A DNA stretch of 64,000 nt, taken from contig NZ_CP036291.1 of the NCBI RefSeq assembly GCF_007750855.1, positions 5,180,905 to 5,244,904 on the forward strand. The letters run 5' to 3'. Shown here piece by piece: positions 41,951 to 52,485 of the stretch. Below the pieces are notes generated by a model. That model did no database searches, was not told the origin of the DNA, and saw nothing but the letters and a program-made list of their open reading frames with translations. Every line of letters begins with the position of its first letter. Positions within the stretch are counted from its first letter, which is position 1. This DNA is from Pirellulimonas nuda. GTDB taxonomy: Bacteria; Planctomycetota; Planctomycetia; Pirellulales; Lacipirellulaceae. Position numbers and translations under genes: made by a program.

Positions 41951-43057
41951 TTAAGCGGCCCGGTCTACCCTTGTTGCAGCCGACGGCTGCCCAGCGGTCG
42001 CCGCGAGTTGCTTTTCGATCTCCGCGATCTTGCTGCGGAGCGTCTTGAAATCCTTCCGCATCTCAACAAGCTTGGCGAACGCGGCGAGGCGGAGCCGCTG
42101 CTCGCGGACCGGTGTCGCCGGCGCCCCAAGCATGGTTTCGCCGGCGCGGACGTCGTTCGAGACGCCGCTCATAGCACTAATTACGGCGTTGTCGCCTACT
42201 GTTACATGGTCGCGTACGCCGGCCTGCCCTCCCATCACCACGTAGTCTCCCGTGTTGCTGCTGCCGGCGATGCCGACCTGCGAGCAGATAAGATTGTGGC
42301 GACCGATCTGGCAGTTGTGAGCGATCTGCACCAGGTTGTCGATCTTCGTTCCATCGCCGATGCGCGTCGCCCCGTAGGCGCCCCGATCGACGGTGCTGCC
42401 GGCGCCGATCTCGACCTCGTCACCTAGTTGCACCGATCCGAGCTGGGCGGAAAGGCAGTGCCGCCCTTCGTGTTGGCGGTAGCCGAACCCGTTGGCGCCC
42501 AACGAAGCGCAGGCGTGGATGATGCAGCGCTGGCCCAGCACGGTGTCGTGGTAGAGCACGGCGTTCGGAAAGATGGTGGTCCCGGCGCCGATCCGGCAGC
42601 CATCCATAACGACGACCCCCGCGTGCAGCGTAACGCCGGCGCCGATGACGACCTCCTCGCCAATCGATACGTTGGGCCCGATACACACATCGGCGCCTAG
42701 ACTGGCGGTCGATGCGATCACGGCCGTACGGTGGATAGACGCCTTCGGCTTCGGGCGCGCCGCTTTGCTGAAACGAGCGATGATCAGGTCGAAAGCCGCG
42801 TAGACATCGTCTACCAGCACCATCGGGCAATCTGCTCCGGTGGCATCTCGCGGCGCCACAACGGCCGCTACGCCAGAAAGCGTCCGCAGGCGGTCGGCGT
42901 GGTCGATGAAGGTAATCTGACCGGCGCCCGCTTCGCTGAGCACCGCGGCGCCTTGAATCGGCGTCGTCGGATCGCCAATCAGGTCGCCAGAAACCAGACG
43001 GGCCAGTTCCCCTATCGGGGCCGCGTCGGCGTAGCTCATCGCTGCCATCCTTGCCAT
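41951..43057 (-). CDS. lpxD: UDP-3-O-acylglucosamine N-acyltransferase
   Basis: Left-handed beta-helix hexapeptide repeats and the LpxD N-terminal domain. Start at the internal ATG 43057 (MARMAAMSYADAAPIGELARL). Confidence 0.8.
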   Translation of the reverse strand: MARMAAMSYADAAPIGELARLVSGDLIGDPTTPIQGAAVLSEAGAGQITFIDHADRLRTLSGVAAVVAPRDATGADCPMVLVDDVYAAFDLIIARFSKAARPKPKASIHRTAVIASTASLGADVCIGPNVSIGEEVVIGAGVTLHAGVVVMDGCRIGAGTTIFPNAVLYHDTVLGQRCIIHACASLGANGFGYRQHEGRHCLSAQLGSVQLGDEVEIGAGSTVDRGAYGATRIGDGTKIDNLVQIAHNCQIGRHNLICSQVGIAGSSNTGDYVVMGGQAGVRDHVTVGDNAVISAMSGVSNDVRAGETMLGAPATPVREQRLRLAAFAKLVEMRKDFKTLRSKIAEIEKQLAATAGQPSAATRVDRAA

Positions 43058-43180
43058 TCTACTTGGGTGCGCTGCCACTCGCGCTCGCGATCCCTGCGAG
43101 CCGGCGGGGATGTTAGTGCAAGGCCAGCCGCAGGGACAAGAGCGATCGGCGCCAACCAAACGAGCTTTCCATAGCACCGC

Positions 43181-43205
43181 TAGCCGACGGGATACGCCCC
43201 GTCGG
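43181..43205. repeat. REP-like palindromic unit (TAGCCGACGGGATACGCCCCGTCGG)
   Basis: Self-complementary 8-bp stem. Same family as the elements at 32821, 35618 and 63778. Lies in the lpxD/surA divergent intergenic region. Confidence 0.5.
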
Positions 43206-43405
43206 TGGTGCGCGATGACGCCCGCACCGCGAATTCGTCGACATGCGGTGCGAGGTAGCCGAGCGAAGGCTCTGTGCTAGCAGCCGCGCCCGCATCGCTA
43301 TTGTTGCTCAGCGGATGGCGCCGTATTCTCCCCGGCGCATTTCCTGGCGCAATCGCTCCCCGCGCGGCGCCGAAACACTTGACCCCGCGTATTGGAGACT
43401 CTGCC

Positions 43406-45310
43406 ATGGCCCGCAAGGACGCCGGCCCTTCCGTCAACCACGGCCCTAACCGCTGGGCGCTCGCCGCGATTTTCACGGCCGTTGTGCTGAGCTTGATCGC
43501 GTTTCGCCGCTTAGCGGGAGACGCCCAGGCCGAAGCCCAGACGCCAACCACTCGGCAGCAAGCGGCCGACTCCCAGCGGGCCCTGCCCCGGCCGGGGCAC
43601 CCACAGCACGACGTCATGGCCATCGTCAATGGCCAAGACATCAGCCGCCAGGCGCTGGCCCAGGCTTGTGTCGAGCGGCACGGCGAAGAGGTGCTCGAGA
43701 GCCTAGTCAACAAGCGGCTCATCCAGCACCACTGCCACAACCGCGGCATTAATGTCACCGACGCGGAGATCGACGTCGAAGTGACCCGGATGGCTGAACG
43801 CTTCAAGATCACCCGTGAACAGTGGATCGAGCTGCTTAAGAACGAACGCAACATCACAGCCGAAGAGTACAAGCGAGACATCCTCTGGCCAACCCTCGCT
43901 TTGCGGAAGCTGGCCGCCAAGGACCTCGAGGTTTCGCAGGCCGAGCTGCAGAAGGCCTACGAGATGCGCTACGGCCCGTCCGTGCAGGCGCGGTTGATCG
44001 TGGTGTCGGACGCAAAGCGCGCCGCAGAACTGCAGCGTCAACTCGCCGCCAACCCAGACGACTTCGCCCGCGTGGCAATGCAGGAGTCGGAAGACGAAGG
44101 GAGCGCCAGCATCGGGGGGCTCATCCAGCCCATCCGCAGGCACCTCGCGGGACCGGAGTTCGAGAAGATCGCGTTTGACCTTCAGCAGAACCAGGTGTCG
44201 GCCGTGGCGCCCATCGGCGATCAGTTCGCTATCCTCAAGTGCGAGGGCCACCTGCCGGGCGCCAACACGCCTTTAGAGATGGTGCGGAATGAGCTGACCG
44301 AACAGATCCGCGAGGAGAAGCTCCGCGAGGTCGCGAACAATCTGTTCGCCACCCTGCAGAGGAGCGCGACCATCAAGAACATCTACAACGACCCGCAGCT
44401 CCGCCAGCAGATGCCCGGCGTTGTGGCGACGGTCAACGGCGAGCAGGTCGCGATGGCCGACCTCGGTAAGGAATGCCTCCTCAGGCACGGTGACGAGGTG
44501 CTGGAGATGGAGATCTCGCAGCTCTTGCTCCGCCAGGAGCTGAAACGCGCCAACATCACGGTGACCGACGCCGAGGTCCAAGCCGAGATGGCCCACGCGG
44601 CGACGCTCGCCGGGGTGGTCGATCCGCAGGGCAAGCCCGACATGCAGGCCTGGGTGAAGGCCGCCACCGAAGAACAGGGCGTCAGCTACGACCTCTACGT
44701 CCGCGATTCCGTCTGGCCGTCGGCCGCGCTGAAGAAGCTCACGGGCGGCTCGGTTCAGGTCACCACGGACGACCTCCAAAAGGGATTCGAAGCCAACTAC
44801 GGCGAGCGCGTGCGTTGCCGGGCGATCGTGCTGGGCGACATGCGTCGCGCCCAGGAGGTGTGGTCGAAGGCCCGCCGCGACGGGTCGATTGAGTTCTTCG
44901 GCAAGCTGGCCGCGGAGTACTCCATCGAGCCCACCAGCAAGAACCTTGAGGGCGAGGTCCCGCCGCTCCGCAGGAACGGCGGTCAGCCCCAGTTGGAAGA
45001 CACCGCGTTCGCACTCAAGCCGGGCGAGATGTCGGGCATCGTGCAGGTGGCGGACAAGTACGTCATCCTCTTCTGCGAAGGACGCACCGAGCCGGTCTCG
45101 ATCCGCCCCGACGAGGTCCGCGACGTGCTCACCCGCGACATCTTCGAGAAGAAGATCCGCATCGCCATGGCGGACCGCTTCGAGATGATCCGCAAGTCGG
45201 CCAAGATCGACAACTACTTGGCGGGCACCTCCCAGTCCCCCGCGACCAAACAAGCCGGCACGCCGGCACGGGTCGATTCGGCCGTCCGCCAGACCAGCGA
45301 TCAGCGCTAG
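43406..45310 (+). CDS. SurA-like periplasmic chaperone / PpiC-type peptidyl-prolyl cis-trans isomerase
   Basis: Signal-anchor after MARKDAGPS. Two parvulin (PpiC) rotamase domains (LIVVSDAKRAAELQRQL...; AIVLGDMRRAQEVW...) flanked by SurA-N-like chaperone regions. Confidence 0.7.
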   Translation: MARKDAGPSVNHGPNRWALAAIFTAVVLSLIAFRRLAGDAQAEAQTPTTRQQAADSQRALPRPGHPQHDVMAIVNGQDISRQALAQACVERHGEEVLESLVNKRLIQHHCHNRGINVTDAEIDVEVTRMAERFKITREQWIELLKNERNITAEEYKRDILWPTLALRKLAAKDLEVSQAELQKAYEMRYGPSVQARLIVVSDAKRAAELQRQLAANPDDFARVAMQESEDEGSASIGGLIQPIRRHLAGPEFEKIAFDLQQNQVSAVAPIGDQFAILKCEGHLPGANTPLEMVRNELTEQIREEKLREVANNLFATLQRSATIKNIYNDPQLRQQMPGVVATVNGEQVAMADLGKECLLRHGDEVLEMEISQLLLRQELKRANITVTDAEVQAEMAHAATLAGVVDPQGKPDMQAWVKAATEEQGVSYDLYVRDSVWPSAALKKLTGGSVQVTTDDLQKGFEANYGERVRCRAIVLGDMRRAQEVWSKARRDGSIEFFGKLAAEYSIEPTSKNLEGEVPPLRRNGGQPQLEDTAFALKPGEMSGIVQVADKYVILFCEGRTEPVSIRPDEVRDVLTRDIFEKKIRIAMADRFEMIRKSAKIDNYLAGTSQSPATKQAGTPARVDSAVRQTSDQR

Positions 45311-45337
45311 TCGCACGTTGCCAACAAGGCTTTAATG

Positions 45338-45372
45338 CAGCCGCGGCCGTTTGGCCGCGGCTGTTTTTGTTG
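45338..45372 (+). terminator. Rho-independent terminator downstream of the surA-like gene
   Basis: GCAGCCGCGGCC-GTTT-GGCCGCGGCTG hairpin followed by TTTTTGTTGG. Confidence 0.7.
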
Positions 45373-45450
45373 GCGTGCTCGGACGAACTCCGGCGGCTGA
45401 CGCCGACGGCTCGCCTAGTGGCTAAGACCTAACGCCTAGCACCTTCACGC

Positions 45451-46227
45451 ATGCCCCCACAGTGGCGACTCCCCCCTGGCGTGACGCGCGGCGCGTGGGA
45501 CTACTTCCAGTCGCCGCAGGTCGCCGAGAAGTACGACGACTACTTCGCCGAGGAGCCCCTCTTCGCCTTCGATCAGCAGGTGCTCGCCGAGCAGTTCGCC
45601 CCGCCTGGCGTGGTCGCAGACCTGGGCTGCGGCACCGGGCGGGCGCTCGTGCCTCTGGTCCGTGCGGGCCACCGCGGGATCGCGGTCGACCTCTCGCCCC
45701 ACATGCTGCGGGTGGTGCGAGAGAAGGCCGACCGCGAGCAGCTCGCGATTGAGTGTGTCGAAGCAAACCTTGTCGATCTCAACCCCATCGCCGACGCCGC
45801 CTGCGACTACGCGATGTGCCTCTACAACACGCTGGGCATGGTCCGCGGTCGGGCGAACCGACGCCAGGCGCTGGGCGAGTTCGCCCGCATCCTGCGGCCC
45901 GGCGGCCGGCTGGTGCTGCACGCCCACAACTGGTGGTTCAACCTCTACGACCCCGGCGGGCCCTGGTGGCTGTTGAAGAACACCCTGCAATCAGCGGTCT
46001 CACGCGACCTCGAACTCGGCGACAAGTACTACAGCTACCGCGGCGTGCAAAACTTCTTCCTCCACGTCTTCCGCTCAAGAGAAATAGCCGCCGACCTACG
46101 GTCGGCCGGCCTCACGATCACCAGACGCATCCCTCTAGACTCCCGCACCCGTGGCTCGCTCTCCCACCCATGGCTCGTGAGCGGCCTACGCGCCTACGGC
46201 TGGGTGCTAGTCTGCCGCCGGCCCTGA
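45451..46227 (+). CDS. Class I SAM-dependent methyltransferase
   Basis: VVADLGCGTGRALVPL motif I and LRPGGRLVLHA motif. Confidence 0.75.
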   Translation: MPPQWRLPPGVTRGAWDYFQSPQVAEKYDDYFAEEPLFAFDQQVLAEQFAPPGVVADLGCGTGRALVPLVRAGHRGIAVDLSPHMLRVVREKADREQLAIECVEANLVDLNPIADAACDYAMCLYNTLGMVRGRANRRQALGEFARILRPGGRLVLHAHNWWFNLYDPGGPWWLLKNTLQSAVSRDLELGDKYYSYRGVQNFFLHVFRSREIAADLRSAGLTITRRIPLDSRTRGSLSHPWLVSGLRAYGWVLVCRRP

Positions 46228-47118
46228 CCGGCGGGGCTCCTCCCGGTCGTTGCCCCGGGCCGTATCGCCCGCGGCGTCGCCCCGTTCGGTGGTGCGTCCC
46301 CCACGGCGGGCGCCCCCGTCCTCAACCGGCGCCGGGGGGACCAACGTGATCTCTACCTTTTGCGCCGTCGCCATGTACGGCGGCCGGTCGTTCGGCGCCC
46401 TTTCGGTGACGCCCTCGATAGTAATCGTGTCCCCGATCCGCGCCGCCGCATGCGTCGTGAAGTCGGCCTTCACCGTCGCGTCCTCGGCAATCTCGCCGCG
46501 CACCTTGCCATCCTCGCCCGCGTCGACCGTAAACCGTCCACGACGGATGCTCGTAAGCACCCCCATCACCGTCACGCGCCGGGTCTGGGCGGCTTCTCGG
46601 GCCGCTGTGGCAGAGCGGGTCGTCGAACGTCGCACCGGCCGCTCCGGCTCCACCGCTTCCTCCTGTTCAACCCCTTCGCCTTCTTCCCCTTCCGCGACTT
46701 CTTCCAGCATGGGCTGGAAGCCCTCGCGGGGTTGGAAGATCGTCAGCTCGGTCACCGGCTCTTCGACCACGCCGCGGGCGTTTACCGACGCCTCGAACCG
46801 CACGGCCGAACGCGGCTTCAGCAACTCGACTCCGCCCTCGCCAGCAACCTTGACCGCGGTGTTCTCCCTCAGCATCACCTGCCAAGGCTCGCCCGCATCG
46901 GTGATGACGTTGATCTGCCGAGCATTCATCGAATGGATCCGCCCGCTCGCCTGCCACTTCTCGGGCCGGGGCCGTTCGCGTCGGTCGGCGCCCATGGGTC
47001 GCTCGACCCCGAACTGCTGCTCCGCCGCCCGCTTTGCCGCCATCGCCGCCGCGGACTGGGCCCCGCAGTAGTCCCCCGCACAAACGAACGACGCCAGAAC
47101 CGCCAATCGAATAAGCAT
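46207..47118 (-). CDS. Hypothetical secreted protein
   Basis: Signal peptide MLIRLAVLASFVCAG. E/A-rich central region. No recognised domain. Confidence 0.4.
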   Translation of the reverse strand: MLIRLAVLASFVCAGDYCGAQSAAAMAAKRAAEQQFGVERPMGADRRERPRPEKWQASGRIHSMNARQINVITDAGEPWQVMLRENTAVKVAGEGGVELLKPRSAVRFEASVNARGVVEEPVTELTIFQPREGFQPMLEEVAEGEEGEGVEQEEAVEPERPVRRSTTRSATAAREAAQTRRVTVMGVLTSIRRGRFTVDAGEDGKVRGEIAEDATVKADFTTHAAARIGDTITIEGVTERAPNDRPPYMATAQKVEITLVPPAPVEDGGARRGGRTTERGDAAGDTARGNDREEPRRSGPAAD

Positions 47119-47345
47119 TTGAACGCCCTCGGACGCGAAGCCAACCAAACCGGACAACCTAAGCCTAGCCTTCGCCTGCCCTCAAAGCCAGCAAAGAGAG
47201 ACGCCGCCAACCGCGTCCAGACCCCCAAACCCGGACGAAAACGCCCCCCGCCGGGGCGACCGGCCGCGGTTGGCGTCTTGGCGGTTCCCCTTTGTTCTAG
47301 GTACGCTGAAGCGCTCCCAACCAGTTCTCCGGCAGCCCGCACGTC

Positions 47346-48143
47346 ATGGCCAAACCTTCCCGCATCACCGTCCCCCGCTTCCGCGCCATGAAGCGCGAGG
47401 GGCAGAAGATCACGATGCTCACGGCCTACGACTACCCCACCGCCCGGCTGGTGGACGCCGCCGGCATCGAGGCGATCCTGGTCGGCGACAGCCTGTCGAT
47501 GGTGGTCCAGGGGAACGAGAACACGCTCCCCGTGTCGATGGACGAGATGATCTACCACGCAGAGATGGTCGGCCGGGCGGTCGACCACGCGTTGGTGGTG
47601 GTCGACATGCCCTTCCCCAGCTACCACCTGGGCGCCCACCGCGCCATCGAGAACGCGGGCCGGATCCTCAAGGAAACCCGCTGCCAGGCCGTCAAGCTGG
47701 AGGGGGGCGCCGAGCAGGCCGGCGTTATCTCGTCGCTCACCGCCGCGGGGATCCCGGTCATGGCCCACGTAGGGCTGCGGCCGCAGAGCGTCCACCAGCT
47801 CGGCGGCTACCGTGTGCAGCGCGACCGCCGCGGTCTGCTGGCGGACGCCCAGAGCGCCGAGGCGGCGGGCGCCTTCGCGGTGGTGCTGGAGTGCATCCCC
47901 AACGACATCGCGGACGCCATCACCAAGAAGCTCACGATCCCCACCATCGGCATCGGCGCCGGCCCCAAGTGCGACGGCCAGGTGCTGGTGCTGCACGACG
48001 TGCTCGGCCTGTCGACCGGCTACATGCCCCGCTTCGTCAAGGCGTACGCCGACATGCGCGGCGAGGTGGGCCGGGCCGTGGCCGCGTTCCGCGACGAGGT
48101 CCGCGAAGGGCAGTTTCCGCTGCCAGAGCATGGCTACGAGTAG
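47346..48143 (+). CDS. panB: 3-methyl-2-oxobutanoate hydroxymethyltransferase
   Basis: KITMLTAYDYPTARLVDAAGIEAILVGDSLSMVVQG and VKLEGG motifs. Confidence 0.9.
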   Translation: MAKPSRITVPRFRAMKREGQKITMLTAYDYPTARLVDAAGIEAILVGDSLSMVVQGNENTLPVSMDEMIYHAEMVGRAVDHALVVVDMPFPSYHLGAHRAIENAGRILKETRCQAVKLEGGAEQAGVISSLTAAGIPVMAHVGLRPQSVHQLGGYRVQRDRRGLLADAQSAEAAGAFAVVLECIPNDIADAITKKLTIPTIGIGAGPKCDGQVLVLHDVLGLSTGYMPRFVKAYADMRGEVGRAVAAFRDEVREGQFPLPEHGYE

Positions 48144-48150
48144 CGGACGC

Positions 48151-48178
48151 CCCGCGGGACAGTCCCGCAGAGTTTTGT
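48151..48178 (+). terminator. Rho-independent terminator after panB
   Basis: GCGGGAC-AG-TCCCGC hairpin followed by AGAGTTTTGT. Confidence 0.6.
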
Positions 48179-48909
48179 CCCAATGTCCGGTCCCTGGCCG
48201 GGCGCAAAATCGGACAAAACCCACCCCCGGCGCCAAAAACCCGCGGTTTTGGGCGGTTCGACTGGCTCGGGTGGGCGTTTGCATAGGAGATCGCCGGGGT
48301 TCTGTCCCCCCTGAGTGGACACAAAGAAGCTCCAACGGACACCAGAGGGACAAAAGTGTGCGCACGTTTCTGCGTGACGGACCCCACATTATCGCGTGAA
48401 AGAGAGGCCTTGCGAGGCAAAAATTTAGCCACGCAGCGATCGACTTCTCCCGCCGACGGCCAAATGAAGCAGTTTGTAGGGTGCGATGAAGCCGAAGGCG
48501 GAATCGCACCTCGGCCCGCCAATTCAGAAGGCCTTCTCGCGCTCGCCCCCCTTTGAGCAGCCGACATGCTTTCCCAAGAAGTCTGCGAGAAAGCCGCAAG
48601 CGATGTAGCAATCCTCCTCCAGGGGCGAGCACCCTCGCGTCGGGGGGCGTGACGGTGCGATTCCGCTGCGCTTCATCGCGCCCTACAGGGCTGGTATTCC
48701 CCCTGCGGCGTCTCAAACCTCGCTGCCTTCCGCGGCGGAGACGGGGGCCAAGGTTGGGCGCCCGACTTGGTTGCAAGGACCAATCCGGCTGGGTCAAATA
48801 GTCTCTCGCCCGCAGCGATCCTTGCCTCGTCAAGGAACCGGCGGACTTCTCCTGTCCGGGTCCGGTTGCGCTGCGACCGGCGTCTCGTTCGTCACCTGCG
48901 GGGGAACCC

Positions 48910-49905
48910 ATGATGAAACACGTCGTGACCATCGGTTTGATCGTGCTTGGGGGCGCGAGCGGCGTGTTCGGGGCCGGAGAGACGGAGCACTCGTCCGGCA
49001 ACACCGACGTCCGAACGCCGGCCGTCCGTCGGGCGATCTACGCCCGCCACGCCGCGGGCTTCAGCCAGCCCGGCATCGACCTGCCAGCGGGCGGAATCAC
49101 CAAGGGCCGGATCGCGATCGACAGCGACGGCAACGTCTTTGCCTCGGACGACCTGGGCGCCATCCCGTTTGGCGTGGGCATCCTTTGGAAGAAGAACCTG
49201 TTGGGTAAGGTTGTGCATGTCGGTTTCAACAACAACCCAAACCCGGACCGCTGGGCCAACGCCGCTAAGGACCAACCGGGGCTGAAGCAGGACGAGGAGT
49301 TCGCGGCGATTATCGCCGGCACGGTCGATCGGTTCGGCCTCAAGCCGGAGTCGGTGTTCAACTACGCCAACGCGGCCGATGTTTCCAAAGCGACCCAGAA
49401 CCTGGTGAAGGAGATCAACGCCAGCAGCGCCGACGACCCGCTGTACATCGTCGAGGCCGGCGCGATGAAACACCTCTACGACGCCCTGGCTGCATCGGAC
49501 GCGAGCCGGCGACCCTTTGTCACGGTGGTCAGCCACTCGGGCTGGAACGACATCGAGTGTCACGACAGCGCGCAGAACGAGAACATCGTCGACATCCTTC
49601 GGGACTTCCCGAACGTCAAGTTCGATCACATCGCAGACCAGAACCGGGGGCTGCGTGCGCGGGGCGCCGCGGGCTGGGACGCCATCGCCTGGATGAAGGA
49701 TTCCGCCGACCCCAGGGTCCGCTGGCTGCACACGTGCGCCCAGAAAGGGGACCCGAATCGTTGGGGGTTCCTCAACCTGGGGACGGAAGTCGATATCTCC
49801 GACGCGGGGATGTACTACTACTTGTCGACCGGCCGCGAGGACGCAGACCTCGACGACCTGAAGGAGCTTTTTTCTGCGGCAGAGCCCGGGCCGGCCGGCC
49901 GCTAA
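48910..49905 (+). CDS. Hypothetical secreted protein
   Basis: Signal peptide MMKHVVTIGLIVLGGASGVFGA. No recognised family. Confidence 0.45.
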   Translation: MMKHVVTIGLIVLGGASGVFGAGETEHSSGNTDVRTPAVRRAIYARHAAGFSQPGIDLPAGGITKGRIAIDSDGNVFASDDLGAIPFGVGILWKKNLLGKVVHVGFNNNPNPDRWANAAKDQPGLKQDEEFAAIIAGTVDRFGLKPESVFNYANAADVSKATQNLVKEINASSADDPLYIVEAGAMKHLYDALAASDASRRPFVTVVSHSGWNDIECHDSAQNENIVDILRDFPNVKFDHIADQNRGLRARGAAGWDAIAWMKDSADPRVRWLHTCAQKGDPNRWGFLNLGTEVDISDAGMYYYLSTGREDADLDDLKELFSAAEPGPAGR

Positions 49906-50006
49906 AGCGAGGACGGCAGCATCGATGTGGGCGCCACGGGCTGCGTTGCACATTCCCCCCACCACCCGTGCCCCCAATGGAAGGCGACCGGTCAGGCGCC
50001 ACGACG

Positions 50007-50525
50007 ATGCTGAGCCGCACGGCAACAAAGCGATGGGCGTGGGCCGGCCGCACCTTCGTGGGGGCGGTTTGGGCGGTCGCGGCGGTGTGTGCGATCGGGT
50101 ATCTGCTCGGGGGCCCCGGCTGGACGCCGATCGATTCCGCGGCGTCCCCCGATGGCGGCACAACCGCCGTGGTCTCGCAGAATTGGTCGTTCATCGACCG
50201 CAACCTCCGCGTAACCCTCCAACGACGCGGCGAGGGCGCCGAGCGGGTTGTGTTCACCTCGCCCGACGAGGGGGCGCCCGACGAGGGAGCGCGGGGCGAG
50301 ACCGAGCGGCTGCACTGGTCGCCGGACGGCGATTTCCTGCTGCTGACCGGCGAGCACTTCTTCGTGGAAGCAGACGCCCCCAGGGACGGCGACGCGGCGC
50401 TGTACTGGCTCTACGCGGCGGACACGGGTGAGATGTGGTGCAATTCCCCGCAGACCAGCCTGCCGCGGTTTTCGTTGAGCGACGCCCAGTCGAAGGGGCT
50501 CGATTTCGTGCGGGGGGCGCCGTAG
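50007..50525 (+). CDS. Hypothetical membrane-anchored protein
   Basis: An internal start (MLSRTATKRW) is followed by a TM helix (FVGAVWAVAAVCAIGYLLG). The much longer ORF 49557..50525 is probably a GC-driven extension. Confidence 0.3.
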   Translation: MLSRTATKRWAWAGRTFVGAVWAVAAVCAIGYLLGGPGWTPIDSAASPDGGTTAVVSQNWSFIDRNLRVTLQRRGEGAERVVFTSPDEGAPDEGARGETERLHWSPDGDFLLLTGEHFFVEADAPRDGDAALYWLYAADTGEMWCNSPQTSLPRFSLSDAQSKGLDFVRGAP

Positions 50526-50578
50526 CTTCGTACAGTGAAAAAGACGAGCGACACGCACCCAACTGACGCAGAATCCGC

Positions 50579-52435
50579 ATGGACGAAAGACGCGAAGCCG
50601 AATCGGCGTCGGTCGATGGATTGACCCTGGCCCCGTCGCTGGACCAAGTGGTCTCCGCGGCCCAGGTCCCTGCGCAGCACTCGGTGATCGACGGGCGCAC
50701 CCTGCAGATGTGCGCCGTGGCGGTGTTGTTGGGCGCCGTCGCGGCGTTTGTCGCCCAGGCGCTGCTGATGCTGATCGCGTTGACTACCAACCTGGCGTTC
50801 TTCGGCCGGCTTTCGGTCGGCCACGCGAGCCCGGCAGACGCGGTCCCCGCGCTGGGCTGGTGGGTCGTGCCGATCCCGGTGGTCGGGGCGCTGGTGATCG
50901 GCCTGATGGCCCGCTACGGGTCGAAGGCCATCCGCGGGCACGGCATCCCGGAAGCCATGGAGCAGGTGCTGACCAATCAGAGCCGCATCCCGGCGCGGGT
51001 GACCTTCCTCAAGCCGGTGTCGTCGGCGATCTCGATCGGCACCGGCGGGCCGTTCGGCGCCGAGGGGCCGATCATCGCGACCGGGGGCGCCTTGGGCTCG
51101 TTGATCGGGCAGCTGATCAAGACGACGGGCGCCGAACGCAAGACGCTGCTCGCCGCGGGCGCCGCCGCGGGCATGGCCGCCACGTTCGGCAGCCCGGTGT
51201 CCGCGGTGCTGCTGGCGATCGAGCTGCTGCTGTTCGAGTACCGCCCGCGTTCGATCATCCCGGTGGCCCTGGCCTGCGTGACCGCGGCCGGCATCCGCAT
51301 GGGCTTCGAGGGGACCGAGCCGGTGTTCGCGATGACCGACTTGGCGCAGCCCCCTACAACGGCGCTCGCCGCGTACATCCTGCTGGGCGGGGTGATGGGC
51401 CTCTTCGCCGTGCTGGTGACCCGCGCGGTGTACGCGATCGAGGACGGGTTCGAGCGGCTGCCGATCCACTGGATGTGGTGGCCGGCGATCGGCGCGGTGG
51501 CGGTCGGCGTGGTCGGACGCTTCGCCCCAGACACCCTGGGGGTGGGCTACTACAACATTAGCGCCATCCTATCGGACGGACTCACGCTGCCGGCCGTCGT
51601 GTTCCTGTGCGGGATGAAGTTCGTTTCCTGGTCGATCGCGTTGGGCAGCGGCACCTCGGGGGGGACCCTGGCGCCGCTGTTCACCATCGGCGGCGGGCTG
51701 GGGGCCGTGATGGGCGCGGGGCTGGTTGCGTTGGCGCCCGGCCTGGGCGTCGACGTGCGTATCGCGGCGCTGGTGGGCATGGCGTCGATCTTTGCGGGGG
51801 CGTCGCGGGCCATGCTGGCCTCGGCGGTGTTCGCGTTCGAGACCACGCTGCAGCCGTTCGGGCTGCTGCCGCTATTGGGGTCGTGCTCCGCCGCCTACCT
51901 GGTGTCGTGCCTGTTGATGCGTAACTCGATCATGACGGAGAAGATCTCGCGCCGCGGCGTGCACACCCCGGCGGAATACGTGGCCGATCCGCTGGCCCAG
52001 GAGCTGGTGCGGGACATCGCCACCGGTGCGGTGGACACGCTGCTGGGGAGCCAAACGGTCGCCCAAGCGCAGGCGACTTTTACAGCGAGCGACGGCGGTC
52101 GCCAGGGATACCCCGTCGTCAACGAGGCGGGGGGCCTGATCGGCGTGCTCACCCGCCGAGACCTGCTGACGCCGACGCTCGACGGGAATCTACCCCTGGC
52201 CGAGCTGATCCGCACGCCGCCAAAGTTTGTCTACGACGACTGCACGGTCCGGCAGGCCGCCGACCACATGGTCAACCACAACATCGGCCGGCTGCCGGTG
52301 ATGACGCGCGCCACGCCGCCGCGGCTGGTGGGGATGGTCACCCGCAGCGACATCCTTTCAGGGTACCGACGGCGGCTGAGCGAAGGCTCGATGGAAGACC
52401 CATCGATCCGCTTGTTTAAGCGACGCAGAAAGTAG
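50579..52435 (+). CDS. ClC-family voltage-gated chloride channel with C-terminal CBS-domain pair
   Basis: GSGIPE-like GHGIPEAM, GKEGP-like GTGGPFGAEGP and GSGTSGGTLAPLFTIGG selectivity motifs. Two C-terminal CBS domains. Confidence 0.85.
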   Translation: MDERREAESASVDGLTLAPSLDQVVSAAQVPAQHSVIDGRTLQMCAVAVLLGAVAAFVAQALLMLIALTTNLAFFGRLSVGHASPADAVPALGWWVVPIPVVGALVIGLMARYGSKAIRGHGIPEAMEQVLTNQSRIPARVTFLKPVSSAISIGTGGPFGAEGPIIATGGALGSLIGQLIKTTGAERKTLLAAGAAAGMAATFGSPVSAVLLAIELLLFEYRPRSIIPVALACVTAAGIRMGFEGTEPVFAMTDLAQPPTTALAAYILLGGVMGLFAVLVTRAVYAIEDGFERLPIHWMWWPAIGAVAVGVVGRFAPDTLGVGYYNISAILSDGLTLPAVVFLCGMKFVSWSIALGSGTSGGTLAPLFTIGGGLGAVMGAGLVALAPGLGVDVRIAALVGMASIFAGASRAMLASAVFAFETTLQPFGLLPLLGSCSAAYLVSCLLMRNSIMTEKISRRGVHTPAEYVADPLAQELVRDIATGAVDTLLGSQTVAQAQATFTASDGGRQGYPVVNEAGGLIGVLTRRDLLTPTLDGNLPLAELIRTPPKFVYDDCTVRQAADHMVNHNIGRLPVMTRATPPRLVGMVTRSDILSGYRRRLSEGSMEDPSIRLFKRRRK

Positions 52436-52485
52436 CGTTGCAGCGTGCGGCGAGGGGCGCCGAGGCGTCCCAGCGGCGCGGCACG

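Noticed and set aside
49557-50525. 322-aa ORF upstream extension of the small membrane-anchored hypothetical
   Set aside because: The N-terminal 150 residues are Arg/Pro/Gly-rich with no domain. They overlap the C-terminus of the preceding secreted protein in another frame. Only the C-terminal portion beginning at the TM helix looks protein-like, and even that is low confidence.
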